Notes: generated by a model from the letters alone, not told the origin. Positions 47,227 to 56,433 are shown, numbered from the stretch's first letter. The stretch is 59,857 bases of DNA from Actinomycetes bacterium (GCA_031361905.1 JANLRV010000085.1:1-59857), one strand, 5' to 3'. Numbers and translations: made by a program.

Positions 47227-48569
47227 AGGCGCTCGAACCCGCGCTGCAGCTCCCAGTCGGTCACGGCCGCCTCGAAGGCCGCGAGCTCGATGTCGGCGGC
47301 GTTCAGGTAGTGCTCGACGACCGCGTCGCCGAGCGCCTCGCGTGCCAGCGCGGAGCCGGCGAGCAGCTCGCGGGCCTCGCGCAGGGTCGAGGGCACTCGC
47401 GGGCAATCCGTGGCCGTGTAGGCGTTGCCGGCGTACGCGGGCTCGAGCTCGTACTCGCCGTCGATGCCCGAGAGACCCGCCGCGAGCAGCGCCGAGAACG
47501 CGAGGTACGGATTCGCATCGCCGCCCGGCACGCGGCACTCGACCCTCAGGCCGTTGCCGTGCCCGACGACGCGGAACGCGCAGGTGCGGTTATCCGTGCC
47601 CCAGACGAGGCCCGTCGGGGCGAACGACCCGGGGACGAAGCGCTTGTAGGAGTTGACGTTCGGCGCGAGGAAGAACACGAGCTCGCGGGTGTGGCGGAGC
47701 AGCCCGGCGAGAAAGCGCTCGAAGAGCGGCGTGGTGCCCTGGCCGTCAGCAGCCGGGAAGAGGCTTCCTCCCTTCCCCCAGAGGCTGATGTGGATGTGGC
47801 ACGAATTCCCCTCGCGCTCGTCGAACTTCGGCATGAAGGTCAGCGCGTGGCCGTGCTGCCACGCGATCTCCTTCGCGCCGTTGCGGTAAATCGTGTGGTT
47901 GTCGGCCATCGTCAGCGCGTCCGCGTAGCGGAAGTTGACCTCGTGCTGGCCGAAATTGCACTCGCCTTTCGAGTCCTCGACCGGCATGCCGGCGCCGGCC
48001 ATGCCGAGCCGGATCGCGCGGATCACGGGCTCGACGTAGGTGGTGCCCAGGATCGAGTAGTCGACGTTGTACGCGTTTGCCGGGTCGAGGTTGCGATAGC
48101 CCTTGGCCCGCGCCGAGTCGTAGCTCTCGCGGAAGAGGATGAACTCGAGCTCTGAGCCGACGTTGACCGCGTAGCCGCGCTCGGCCGCGCGCTCGAGCTG
48201 GGCGCGCAACACCTGGCGCGGCGAGGCCGTGACCGGTGAGCCGTCGTGCCAGGTCACGTCGCAGAGCACGAGCGCGGTCCCCTCGAGCCACGGGATGTGC
48301 CGCATCGTCGCCAGGTCCGGCGCGAAGACCATGTCGCCGTAGCCGCCGTCCCACGACGACATCGCGTAGCCCGGCACGGTGTTCATGTCGACGTCGATCG
48401 CGAGCAGGTAGTTGCACCCCTCCGCCCCGTGCTCGACGATCCCGTCGAGGAACGCGGGCGCGTGCAGCCGCTTGCCCTGCAGGCGTCCCTGCATGTCGGT
48501 GAAGGCCAGGATGACCGTGTCGATCGTCCCGCGATCGACCTCGCTCTGCAACGTGTCGAGACTCAGCAT
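47223..48569 (-). CDS. Glutamine synthetase family protein (gamma-glutamyl-amine synthetase, GlnA3/PuuA-like)
   Basis: GS catalytic blocks GSELEF, NSCHIHISLW, NSYKRF. Start is ATG 48569 (MLSLDTLQSEV). Confidence 0.82.
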   Translation of the reverse strand: MLSLDTLQSEVDRGTIDTVILAFTDMQGRLQGKRLHAPAFLDGIVEHGAEGCNYLLAIDVDMNTVPGYAMSSWDGGYGDMVFAPDLATMRHIPWLEGTALVLCDVTWHDGSPVTASPRQVLRAQLERAAERGYAVNVGSELEFILFRESYDSARAKGYRNLDPANAYNVDYSILGTTYVEPVIRAIRLGMAGAGMPVEDSKGECNFGQHEVNFRYADALTMADNHTIYRNGAKEIAWQHGHALTFMPKFDEREGNSCHIHISLWGKGGSLFPAADGQGTTPLFERFLAGLLRHTRELVFFLAPNVNSYKRFVPGSFAPTGLVWGTDNRTCAFRVVGHGNGLRVECRVPGGDANPYLAFSALLAAGLSGIDGEYELEPAYAGNAYTATDCPRVPSTLREARELLAGSALAREALGDAVVEHYLNAADIELAAFEAAVTDWELQRGFERL

Positions 48570-48589
48570 GGCGCAAGGGTAGTGATCCC

Positions 48590-49351
48590 GTGATGCGTAC
48601 GCTTGCCGACATGCTGACGGCATCGCAGACGGCCGGGTACCTCGAGCGGATCGGCGCCTCCGGCCTCTCGCCGGCCACCCGCGAGGGGCTCGCCGAGATC
48701 CACCGGAGACATCTCCTGAGCGTGCCGTTCGAGAACCTCGACATCCTCGCCGGCCGCCCGATCTCGTTCGCCGTCGCGTCGCTCTACGGCAAGATCGTCG
48801 AGCGACGACGCGGCGGCTTCTGCTACGAGCTCAACGGCCTCTTCTCGGCGCTCCTGCGCGCCGCCGGATGCATCGTGGATCTCGTCGAGGCCCGCTTTCT
48901 GGAGGCGGACGGGACGCTCTCGCCCCGCTTCGACCACCTCTCGCTGCTCGTCGCGCTTCCGGGCGGCGAGCAGCGCCTGCTCGCCGACGTCGGCTGCGGC
49001 AAGCTCTCGCCGATCGTCCCGCTCGAGCTGCGCGAGCAGCCCGGCACGCTCGTGCGCGGGACGCACGGCTGGCAGCTCGCCGGCGAGCCCGAGCGGCTCA
49101 CGTTCGGCGAGGAGCCGCGCACGCTCGACGAGTTCGCGGATCGCTGCGACTTCCACGAGCACCACGCCGACTCGTTCTTCCGCCGCGGGCTCGTCTGCAC
49201 CCGCCGAACCGAGACGGGCTGGATCTCGCTCTCCGAGTCGGCCTTCAGCGAGCTCGCGGACGGCGTGCGCTCGGAGTCGCCGATCGACCCGTCAGACGTG
49301 CCTGCGCTGCTCGCCGATCGGTTCGGACTCGCGCCGGACGCTCAGGCCTGA
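48590..49351 (+). CDS. nat: Arylamine N-acetyltransferase
   Basis: GYLERIG, VPFENLDIL, and catalytic Cys in RRGGFCYELNG. The likely true start is ATG 48611 (or 48593). Confidence 0.85.
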   Translation: MMRTLADMLTASQTAGYLERIGASGLSPATREGLAEIHRRHLLSVPFENLDILAGRPISFAVASLYGKIVERRRGGFCYELNGLFSALLRAAGCIVDLVEARFLEADGTLSPRFDHLSLLVALPGGEQRLLADVGCGKLSPIVPLELREQPGTLVRGTHGWQLAGEPERLTFGEEPRTLDEFADRCDFHEHHADSFFRRGLVCTRRTETGWISLSESAFSELADGVRSESPIDPSDVPALLADRFGLAPDAQA

Positions 49352-49908
49352 TTGAAGAACGCGCCCTCGAGGTACCGCGCGCGGTCCTCGGCGGAGAGCT
49401 CGACGTTCTCGGGCGTCAGCAGGAAGACCTTGTCGGCGATCCGCTGCATGCGTCCCTCGAGCGCATAGGTGAGCCCCGAGGCGAAGTCGATCAGCCGCTT
49501 TGCGAGCCCGGTATCGACGGTCTGCAGGTTGAGGATCACGGGCACCCCGCGCTTGAAGCGATCGGCGATCGGCTGCGCATCGTTGAAGCCCCGCGGAATG
49601 CTCAGGTAGACCTTCGGCATGTCGTCGGACATGGCCCCGGCCTCGGCCGGGCGAAGCACCGTCGTCGCGCCACCCGCGTTCTCGCGGATGCGACGGCGAA
49701 GCGGCGCGTCGTCGTCGGCGAAGATGTCGTCGATGCGCGGCGATCCTCGGCGCGAGTCGAGCTTGCTGACGTTCGGGCGGCGCCGGTAGCGTTCCTCGAG
49801 CTCGTCGTGCGCGACGCTCCCGTCCTCGTCGTCGTCCTCGTAGAACGAATCATCGTCCGCAAGTCCGAAATACACCTTCGTCCGGTGCCACATGTCTCCG
49901 ATTGGCAT
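49342..49908 (-). CDS. sepF: Cell division protein SepF
   Basis: KVYFGL N-terminus and the C-terminal DAQPIADRFKRGVPVILNLQ..RLIDFASG domain. Alternative start is ATG 49893. Confidence 0.88.
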   Translation of the reverse strand: MPIGDMWHRTKVYFGLADDDSFYEDDDEDGSVAHDELEERYRRRPNVSKLDSRRGSPRIDDIFADDDAPLRRRIRENAGGATTVLRPAEAGAMSDDMPKVYLSIPRGFNDAQPIADRFKRGVPVILNLQTVDTGLAKRLIDFASGLTYALEGRMQRIADKVFLLTPENVELSAEDRARYLEGAFFNQA

Positions 49909-50040
49909 AGCGACCGCGATGGTACCAGGATCGACGGAGGCCAGGACCGTCTAAGACCTCGCCTCAAAATGTCTCGCGGCGTCTGGTGGCGTCTTGACGC
50001 TCGCCTGGCGAGCCACTCACGATTCATTCTGGAACCAGCT

Positions 50041-50718
50041 CTAGGTTCGAACCAGGGTCGACCCCACGCGCACGATCGTCGCCCCCTCCTCGGCGGCGAC
50101 CACGTAGTCCTGAGACGTCCCCATCGAGAGCTCGCCGAAGGCGTGACGCCCGCTCCAACGCTGCTCGAGCTGCTCAGCCAGCTCGCGCAGCGCCGCGAAC
50201 GCCCCGCGCGACGCGTCCGGATCGCTCGCGAGCGGCGGCATCGTCATCAGACCACGCACGGCGATCCGGTCGAGCGCCGTGAGCGCTTCGAGAAAAGCAT
50301 CGATCCCATCGGGCGCGAGACCGGATTTCGAGTCCTCGCCGGCGACGTTGACCTCGATCAGACACCCGATCTCGGCCTCGGCGAAGCGCTGCAGCCGCTC
50401 GGCCGCGGAGAGCGACGAGAGCGAGTGGATCAGCTCGACGCGCCCAACGAGCTCGCGCGCCTTGCGGCTCTGCAGGTGCCCGATGAAGTGCCACGTGAGA
50501 CCCCCGACGCCCACGGCCTGCTTCTCGATCAGCTGCTCCACGCGGTTCTCGCCGACGAGCGTGACACCCGCCTCCGCAAGCGGTGCGAGATCGGCCGGCT
50601 GCAGGTACTTGACCGCCGCAAGCATGCGCGCCGGCGAGCCGCCGGCGATCGCCGCGGCCGCCGCGAGCTCGGCCTCGATCGAGAGGCGGCGGGAGCGGAT
50701 CAGGTCGGGATCAAGCAT
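50041..50718 (-). CDS. yggS: YggS family pyridoxal-phosphate-dependent protein
   Basis: 225 aa; LAAVKY PLP-lysine block, HFIGHLQSRK, MGTSQDY. Confidence 0.88.
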   Translation of the reverse strand: MLDPDLIRSRRLSIEAELAAAAAIAGGSPARMLAAVKYLQPADLAPLAEAGVTLVGENRVEQLIEKQAVGVGGLTWHFIGHLQSRKARELVGRVELIHSLSSLSAAERLQRFAEAEIGCLIEVNVAGEDSKSGLAPDGIDAFLEALTALDRIAVRGLMTMPPLASDPDASRGAFAALRELAEQLEQRWSGRHAFGELSMGTSQDYVVAAEEGATIVRVGSTLVRT

Positions 50719-51442
50719 CGTCGAGCAGCGCGAGCACGGCCTGGCGCCCGCCCGGAGCGCCGTCGCGCCGGTGCGAGAACAGGCTCGAGTCGCAGATCGT
50801 ACAGCGCCCGAGCACCGTCACCTGGGATGCTCCCGCGCCGCGCAGCGCGCGCTCGGCGCAGCGCCACAGATCGGCGCGGCCAGCCACCACCGCGTCGTCG
50901 CCGAAGCGGGCCTTGAGCGGTGCGGCGACATCCTCGCGCACCTCGTAGCAGCACGGTCCCGCCGACGGACCGAGCACGCAGGCGGGAGCGTCGCCGACCG
51001 CGGCCACGGCAGCCTCGAGGGCACCCGCGAGCAGTCCGGTCCAGCCTGCGTGGACGACGGCGACGCGCGGGCGCGGGCCGGTCGCGACGATGGCCGTGAT
51101 CGTGCAGTCCGCGCCGAACGCGGCCAGCGTGACGCCGACCTGGGAGGTCACGAGGCCATCTCCCTCGAGCGGCGCGCGCGAGCCGTCGAGGAAGCGATCC
51201 GTGCCGGCCTCGTCGGCCTCCCGGATGCGCGCGCCGTGCACCTGCCGCAGGCCCGCGGCGCGACCCGGATCGCCGCCGAGCCGCGTCACCGCCCTGCGCC
51301 GGTTCTCGGCCACGGATGCCGCGTCGTCGCCGGTCAGGAAGCTCAGGTTGAGGCTCGCGTACGGCGGTGCCGAGACGCCCCCGGCACGCGTCGTGAAGAG
51401 CACCCGAGCAGGACCGAGCTCGAAGCGCTCGCCCGCGATCAC
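50711..51442 (-). CDS. pgeF: Peptidoglycan editing factor PgeF (YfiH/DUF152 laccase-domain protein)
   Basis: FTTRAGGVS, GADC and VHAGWTG motifs. GTG 51442 overlaps the upstream stop (GTGA). Confidence 0.85.
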   Translation of the reverse strand: MIAGERFELGPARVLFTTRAGGVSAPPYASLNLSFLTGDDAASVAENRRRAVTRLGGDPGRAAGLRQVHGARIREADEAGTDRFLDGSRAPLEGDGLVTSQVGVTLAAFGADCTITAIVATGPRPRVAVVHAGWTGLLAGALEAAVAAVGDAPACVLGPSAGPCCYEVREDVAAPLKARFGDDAVVAGRADLWRCAERALRGAGASQVTVLGRCTICDSSLFSHRRDGAPGGRQAVLALLDDA

Positions 51443-52086
51443 ACGGGTGGCAGCGCGGCGCCGCCGACGACGCCTGAGATCACGTCGAGCGCGACCCCGT
51501 AGACGCCGGAGAACAGCGACACGCCGGCTCGCTGCGTGAAGAAGAGCAGCCCGAGCAGCACGAAGATCCCGTACTGATCGAACGCCGACCACTGCAGGTA
51601 CAGCTCGCGCGGCATGAACGCGCCGGCGATGCGAGAGCCGTCGAGGGGCGGGATCGGGATCAGGTTGAAGATCCCGAGCACGATGTTCACGAGCATCGCC
51701 TGGTAGACGATCTCGTAGACGCGCAGGCTCAGGTCGAGGTGCGCGAGCAGGCCGCCGGCGACGAGCGCGAGCGCGAAATTCGTCAGCGGCCCGGCGACGG
51801 CGACGAGCGCCATGCCACGCTGGGGGTTCCCCCGCAGGTTGCGCGGATCGACCGGGACGGGCTTCGCCCAGCCGAACAGGAAGCTGCTCGAGAAGTACGT
51901 GATCGCGAACATCAGCGTGCCGAGCGGGTCCAGGTGCGCGAGCGGGTTGAACGTCAGACGCCCGAGCAGCTTCGCCGTCGGATCCCCCAGCCGGAACGCG
52001 GTGTAGGCGTGCGCGAGCTCGTGCAGCGCGAGCGACCCGAGAACGATCGGCACGAGCACGACGAACGTGCCCAGATCCGGCGTCAT
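51439..52086 (-). CDS. Site-2 protease family (M50) membrane metalloprotease
   Basis: HELAHAYTA zinc motif, FNLIPIPPLDGS motif; multi-TM, 215 aa. Confidence 0.85.
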   Translation of the reverse strand: MTPDLGTFVVLVPIVLGSLALHELAHAYTAFRLGDPTAKLLGRLTFNPLAHLDPLGTLMFAITYFSSSFLFGWAKPVPVDPRNLRGNPQRGMALVAVAGPLTNFALALVAGGLLAHLDLSLRVYEIVYQAMLVNIVLGIFNLIPIPPLDGSRIAGAFMPRELYLQWSAFDQYGIFVLLGLLFFTQRAGVSLFSGVYGVALDVISGVVGGAALPPV

Positions 52087-52090
52087 CGGA

Positions 52091-52483
52091 TCACGCCAGC
52101 AACGCGACGCACTCGATCTCGAAGATCGCGCCCGCCGGCAGCTTGGCGACCTGGACGGTCGAGCGTGCGGGCGGGGTCGACGAGACGAACGTCGCGTACG
52201 TCTCGTTCATCGCGGCGAAGTCACCCATGTCCATCAGGAAGACCGTGGTCTTGACGATGCGATCGAGGCTCGATCCAGCTGCTTCCAGGATCGCGCTCAT
52301 GTTCGCGAAGGCCTGCTGCGTCTCGGCCACGATCCCGCCGCCGACGATGGTGCTCGTGCCCGGGTCGAGCCCGACCTGTCCGCTCAAGAACACGAGGTCG
52401 CCGGCGATGATCGCCTGCGAGTAGGGCGCGCCGGCAAACGGGGCGGGAGCGGCATCGGTGCGTACGACTGCCAGATCGGTCAT
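52091..52483 (-). CDS. ridA: RidA family protein (reactive intermediate/imine deaminase)
   Basis: YSQAIIAGDLVFLSGQ and ARSTVQVAKLP blocks; 130 aa from ATG 52483. Confidence 0.88.
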   Translation of the reverse strand: MTDLAVVRTDAAPAPFAGAPYSQAIIAGDLVFLSGQVGLDPGTSTIVGGGIVAETQQAFANMSAILEAAGSSLDRIVKTTVFLMDMGDFAAMNETYATFVSSTPPARSTVQVAKLPAGAIFEIECVALLA

Positions 52484-52520
52484 ATCGTGCCTTTCGAACG
52501 GGAGTGAGTGCGCGCTCGTG

Positions 52521-53849
52521 TCAGCGTGAGATGCGCTCGATCTGCGCACCCAGCGCGCGCAGGCGCTCATCGATCCGCTCGTAGCCGCGATCGATCTGCT
52601 CGATGTCGCCGATCACGCTCTGCCCCTCGGCCGCGAGCGACGCGATCAGCAGCGCCATCCCGGCGCGGATGTCGGGACTCGAGAGGCGCTGGCCATAGAG
52701 CTTTGCCGGTCCGGTGACGACGGCGCGGTGCGGATCGCAGAGGATGATCCGCGCGCCCATGTTGACGAGCTTGTCCGTGAACACGAGGCGGTTCTCGAAG
52801 AGCTTCTCGAAGATCAGCACGGTGCCGCGCGCCTGGGTCGCCACGGCCACCGCCACGGACGTCATGTCGGCGGGGAAGGCCGGCCAGAGGCCGTCGTCGA
52901 TCTTCGGAATCTGCCCGCCCGCGTCATCGACGATGCGCAGGTCCTGGCCGGGCGGAACGCGCACCGATCGCTCGCCGAGCTCGACGCGCACGCCCAGGCG
53001 AGCGAACGCCTGCAGGATCGCGCGCAGATCGTTCGGCTCGGCTCCCGTGATCGTGAGGTCGCCGCCCGTGACCGCGGCCATGCCGATGAACGAGCCGACC
53101 TCGATGTGATCGGAGCAGACCTCGTGCTCGGCGCCGCCGAGCTCGCTCGCGCCCCGGATTCGCAGGATGTTGGAGCCGAGGCCGTCGATCTCGACGCCCA
53201 TCTTGATCAGCAGGCGGCAGAGATCCTGGACGTGCGGCTCGCACGCCGCGTTGTGGATCGTCGTCTCTCCCCGCGCGAGCGCCGCGGCCATGACCGCGTT
53301 CTCGGTGCCCGTCACGGATGCCTCGTCGAGGAAGAAGTCGGCTCCGACGAGGCCGCCGGGTGCGTCGAAGCAGAAGCTGCGCCCCACCGTGACCTCGGCA
53401 CCCAGCGCCCGCAGCGCCAGGAGGTGCGTGTCGACGCGACGTCGCCCGATCACGTCACCGCCCGGCGGCGGCAGCTCGGCCCGCCCGAAGCGGCCGACGA
53501 GCGGTCCGGCGAGCAGGATCGAGGCGCGGATGCGCTCGGCGAGCATGGCGTCGAGGGTCGTGCTCTCCACGCCGGCGGCACAGACGCGAACCTCGTTCGG
53601 TCCGATCCACTCGCACTCGGCACCGAGATTCTCGAGCAGCTCGAGCATCGTCTCGACGTCGCGGATGCGCGGCATGTTCGAGAACGTCACGGGCTCGGCC
53701 GTGAGCACGGTCGCCGCCAGCAGCGGCAGGGCGGCGTTCTTGTTGCCCTCCGCGCGGATGGTCCCGGAGAGCGGGCGTCCGCCCTCGATCACGAAATAGT
53801 CGTTCACGCGGGAGCGAGGGGGTTCGAGGGCCGGGGAGATCGCATTCAT
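52521..53849 (-). CDS. murA: UDP-N-acetylglucosamine 1-carboxyvinyltransferase
   Basis: FVIEGGRPLSGTIRAEGNKNAALP N-terminal block. Start is ATG 53849 or ATG 53903; the latter forms an ATGA overlap with a candidate small ORF. Confidence 0.9.
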   Translation of the reverse strand: MNAISPALEPPRSRVNDYFVIEGGRPLSGTIRAEGNKNAALPLLAATVLTAEPVTFSNMPRIRDVETMLELLENLGAECEWIGPNEVRVCAAGVESTTLDAMLAERIRASILLAGPLVGRFGRAELPPPGGDVIGRRRVDTHLLALRALGAEVTVGRSFCFDAPGGLVGADFFLDEASVTGTENAVMAAALARGETTIHNAACEPHVQDLCRLLIKMGVEIDGLGSNILRIRGASELGGAEHEVCSDHIEVGSFIGMAAVTGGDLTITGAEPNDLRAILQAFARLGVRVELGERSVRVPPGQDLRIVDDAGGQIPKIDDGLWPAFPADMTSVAVAVATQARGTVLIFEKLFENRLVFTDKLVNMGARIILCDPHRAVVTGPAKLYGQRLSSPDIRAGMALLIASLAAEGQSVIGDIEQIDRGYERIDERLRALGAQIERISR

Positions 53850-53899
53850 GACGGTGGCTGCGACCCGAACACGGCCGCCAAGGGTCGAGGGTATCACGG

Positions 53900-54064
53900 T
53901 CATGTAGTGCCGAGAGCTCGCGCAGCGGGCGCGCCCGCGTGCGCGACGACCGCTCCGACCGAGCTCTGGGACCGCGGCTCGGGCTGCGCCAGCGCATTGC
54001 CGACGCTGAGGACCAGGGTGGAGATGCCAACGGCGACGATCACCGTACCGCGTGTGAGCTGCAT
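53900..54064 (-). CDS. Candidate small secreted/membrane peptide (54 aa)
   Basis: MQLTRGTVIVAVGISTLVLSVGNALA-QPEP... has a signal-peptide-like N-terminus. About 80% G/C at codon position 3, counted by hand. Its TGA overlaps ATG 53903 (ATGA). Below the ORF-track size cut-off. Confidence 0.3.
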   Translation of the reverse strand: MQLTRGTVIVAVGISTLVLSVGNALAQPEPRSQSSVGAVVAHAGAPAARALGTT

Positions 54065-54111
54065 GGAAGCTCGGTTCGCCGCGCGTCGCGCGTCTCCTAC
54101 ACTCGATCTTG

Positions 54112-54693
54112 ATGGATCCTTCCGAGCTGCTCGCCCGTGATCGCCCCGCCGCCCTCGCCCTCCTGCACGAGTGGGTGCAATCCGAGCCGCTGCGACGGCA
54201 CTGCTACGCCGTCGAGGCAGCGGTCCGGGCCTACGCTCGCGCCGGCGGCGAGGACGAGGAGGCCTGGGGCACGGTCGCGCTGCTGCACGACTTCGACTAC
54301 GAGCGGCACCCCACGCTCGACCGCCATCCCCAGGACGGCGCGCCGGTGCTGCGCGAGCGCGGCTATCCCGAGTGGTTCATCCGCGCCGTGCTCTCGCACG
54401 CCGACCACGTCCCGGAGGCCAGACGCGAGAGCGCGCTCGAGCACACGCTCTACGCCTGCGACGAGCTCGCCGGCTTCGTCTGCGCCTGCGCCGCCGTCCG
54501 CCCCGAGGGCCTCTCGACGCTCGAGCCGAAGAGCGTGCGCAAGAAGCTCAAGCAGCCCTCCTTCGCGGCGGGCGTGAAGCGCCAGGACGTGACCGAGGGT
54601 GCGGCCGAGCTCGGCGTCGAGCTCGACGACCACATCCGCACGGTGGTCTCGGCGCTGCGCCCGATCGCCGGCGAGCTCGGCCTGCCGGGCTGA
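54112..54693 (+). CDS. HD domain phosphohydrolase
   Basis: RRHCYAVE...ALLHDFDY HD motif; about 193 aa. The ORF track starts at TTG 54109. Confidence 0.75.
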   Translation: MDPSELLARDRPAALALLHEWVQSEPLRRHCYAVEAAVRAYARAGGEDEEAWGTVALLHDFDYERHPTLDRHPQDGAPVLRERGYPEWFIRAVLSHADHVPEARRESALEHTLYACDELAGFVCACAAVRPEGLSTLEPKSVRKKLKQPSFAAGVKRQDVTEGAAELGVELDDHIRTVVSALRPIAGELGLPG

Positions 54694-54868
54694 GCACGGG
54701 TCCACCGTGGGCTGGGTTCGTGGCGGGCCTGCTGGTGGTCGTCAGGACGGGCTGCGCTGTTGCAGGCGCGGCCGGACGCCTCGGCCAGACAGCGCAGCCG
54801 GGAGCGGCCTGACACCAACCAGCAGGATGCGACACACCCAGCAGACGGTGGATCCGGGCTGAGCACGG
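54685..54868. repeat. 154-bp imperfect long hairpin flanked by perfect 15-bp direct repeats CCGGGCTGAGCACGG (MITE-like)
   Basis: Direct repeats at 54685-54699 and 54854-54868. Terminal inverted repeats are TCCACCGT (54701-08) and ACGGTGGA (54845-52). Internal arm matches include GCTGGGT, CTGCTGGT..GTCAGG and GGCTGCGCTGT. Confidence 0.8.
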
Positions 54869-55876
54869 CTACTCGATCAGGCAGGCGTCGCCGAAGCTGA
54901 AGAAGCGGTAGCGCTCCGCGATCGCCTCGCGGTATAGCCGGCGGGTCTCGTCGACGCCGCAGATCGCCATCACCAGTGCGAGCAGCGTCGAGCGCGGCAG
55001 GTGGAAGTTCGTCACGAGCGCGATGTTCGCCCGGAACGCGTAGCCCGGTGCAATCAGGATCGCGGTCCTGCCCTCGCTCGGCCGGCTCGGGTCCGCGACC
55101 GTCTCGACGACGCGCAGCGACGTCGTGCCGATGCAGACGATGCGCCGCCTCGAGGCCACGGCGGCGGCGATCGCCGTGCGTGCCGCCGGGGCGACTCGGT
55201 AGGCCTCGCTGTGCATCTCGTGCTCGGCGAGATCGTCGGCGACGACGGGCCGGAACGTGCCGAGCCCGACGCGCAGCTCGACCTCGCAGATCTCGCAGCG
55301 CTCGCGGATGCGGTCGAGCAGCTCGGGCGTGAAGTGGAGCCCGGCCGTGGGCGCCGCCGCCGATCCCGGCCGGTCCGCGTAGACGGTCTGGTAGCGGTCT
55401 GCGGGCGCCTCGCGGCTGTGGACGTACGGGGGCAGCGGCAGCTCCCCGACCTCTGCGAGCAGCGCGTGGAGCTCGTCGCCGGACGCCGATGGGCGCACGA
55501 TCCAGCGCCCGTCGCCGAGCGACCGCTCGAATGCGAAGGCGAGCGCTCCGGCCGTGACGACCAGCCCGGGCGTGATCCGGCGGGACGGCCGCGCGAGCGC
55601 CTCCCAGCTCGAGTCCTCGCGCTGCTCGAGCAGCAGCAGCTCGACGTGGCCTCCGCTCGGCTTGCGCGCGTGGACCCTCGCATGCAGCACGCGGCTCGTG
55701 TTGAGCACGACGAGATCTGCCGGGTCGAGCAGCCCGGCGAGGTCCGAGAACGTGCGATGCTCGATCCGCCCGCTCGCGCGCTGCAGCACGAGCAGCCGGG
55801 AGCCGTCGCGCTCGAGCGCCGGAGTCTGCGCGATCAGCTCCTCGGGCAGGTCGAAGTCGAGCTCGTCCGTCCGCAC
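54869..55876 (-). CDS. queA: S-adenosylmethionine:tRNA ribosyltransferase-isomerase
   Basis: FDLPEELIAQTP N-terminus and the C-terminal FFSFGDA block. Confidence 0.9.
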   Translation of the reverse strand: MRTDELDFDLPEELIAQTPALERDGSRLLVLQRASGRIEHRTFSDLAGLLDPADLVVLNTSRVLHARVHARKPSGGHVELLLLEQREDSSWEALARPSRRITPGLVVTAGALAFAFERSLGDGRWIVRPSASGDELHALLAEVGELPLPPYVHSREAPADRYQTVYADRPGSAAAPTAGLHFTPELLDRIRERCEICEVELRVGLGTFRPVVADDLAEHEMHSEAYRVAPAARTAIAAAVASRRRIVCIGTTSLRVVETVADPSRPSEGRTAILIAPGYAFRANIALVTNFHLPRSTLLALVMAICGVDETRRLYREAIAERYRFFSFGDACLIE

Positions 55877-55896
55877 CCCTCGACCATACTCGCGGG

Positions 55897-56433
55897 GTGC
55901 CGCTCGGAACGCCAGACGAGGAGCTCGCCCGCCGCGCCCCGACCGACGATGCCGCGTTCGACGAGCTCGTGCACCGCCATCGCGGGCGCGTGTACGCGAT
56001 CGCGCTGCGGCTCTGCCGTGATCCGGACGATGCCGAGGACGCGCTGCAGGACACGTTCATCAAGGCCTATCGCGCGCTCGGCCACTTCGACGGCCGCGCG
56101 CAGTTCTCGACCTGGATCTATCGCATCGCGGTGAACGCGAGCTACGATGTAATCTCGAAGCGGCGCGAGACCGTCCCGCTCGATGCCGTCGCAGAGCTCG
56201 TGGCACAGACGGATCCGTTCGAGGCGAGCGATCGCCGGGCGCGCCTGATCTCAGCCGTCGATGCGCTGCCGGATCCGTTCCGGGAGGCGGCCGTGCTCTG
56301 CGACATCGCCGGGCTCACGCCGGCCGAGGCCGGCGAGCTGACCGGCACCCCCGAGGGCACGATGAAGTCGCGGAGCTACCGCGCCCGTGCGCTGCTCGTC
56401 CGCGCGCTCCGGGAACCGGACGAGGCCGGATAG
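55897..56433 (+). CDS. ECF-type RNA polymerase sigma factor
   Basis: Region 2 (DAEDALQDTFIKAY, STWIYRIAVN) and region 4 (LTPAEAGELTGTPEGTMKSRSYRAR). Confidence 0.88.
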   Translation: MPLGTPDEELARRAPTDDAAFDELVHRHRGRVYAIALRLCRDPDDAEDALQDTFIKAYRALGHFDGRAQFSTWIYRIAVNASYDVISKRRETVPLDAVAELVAQTDPFEASDRRARLISAVDALPDPFREAAVLCDIAGLTPAEAGELTGTPEGTMKSRSYRARALLVRALREPDEAG

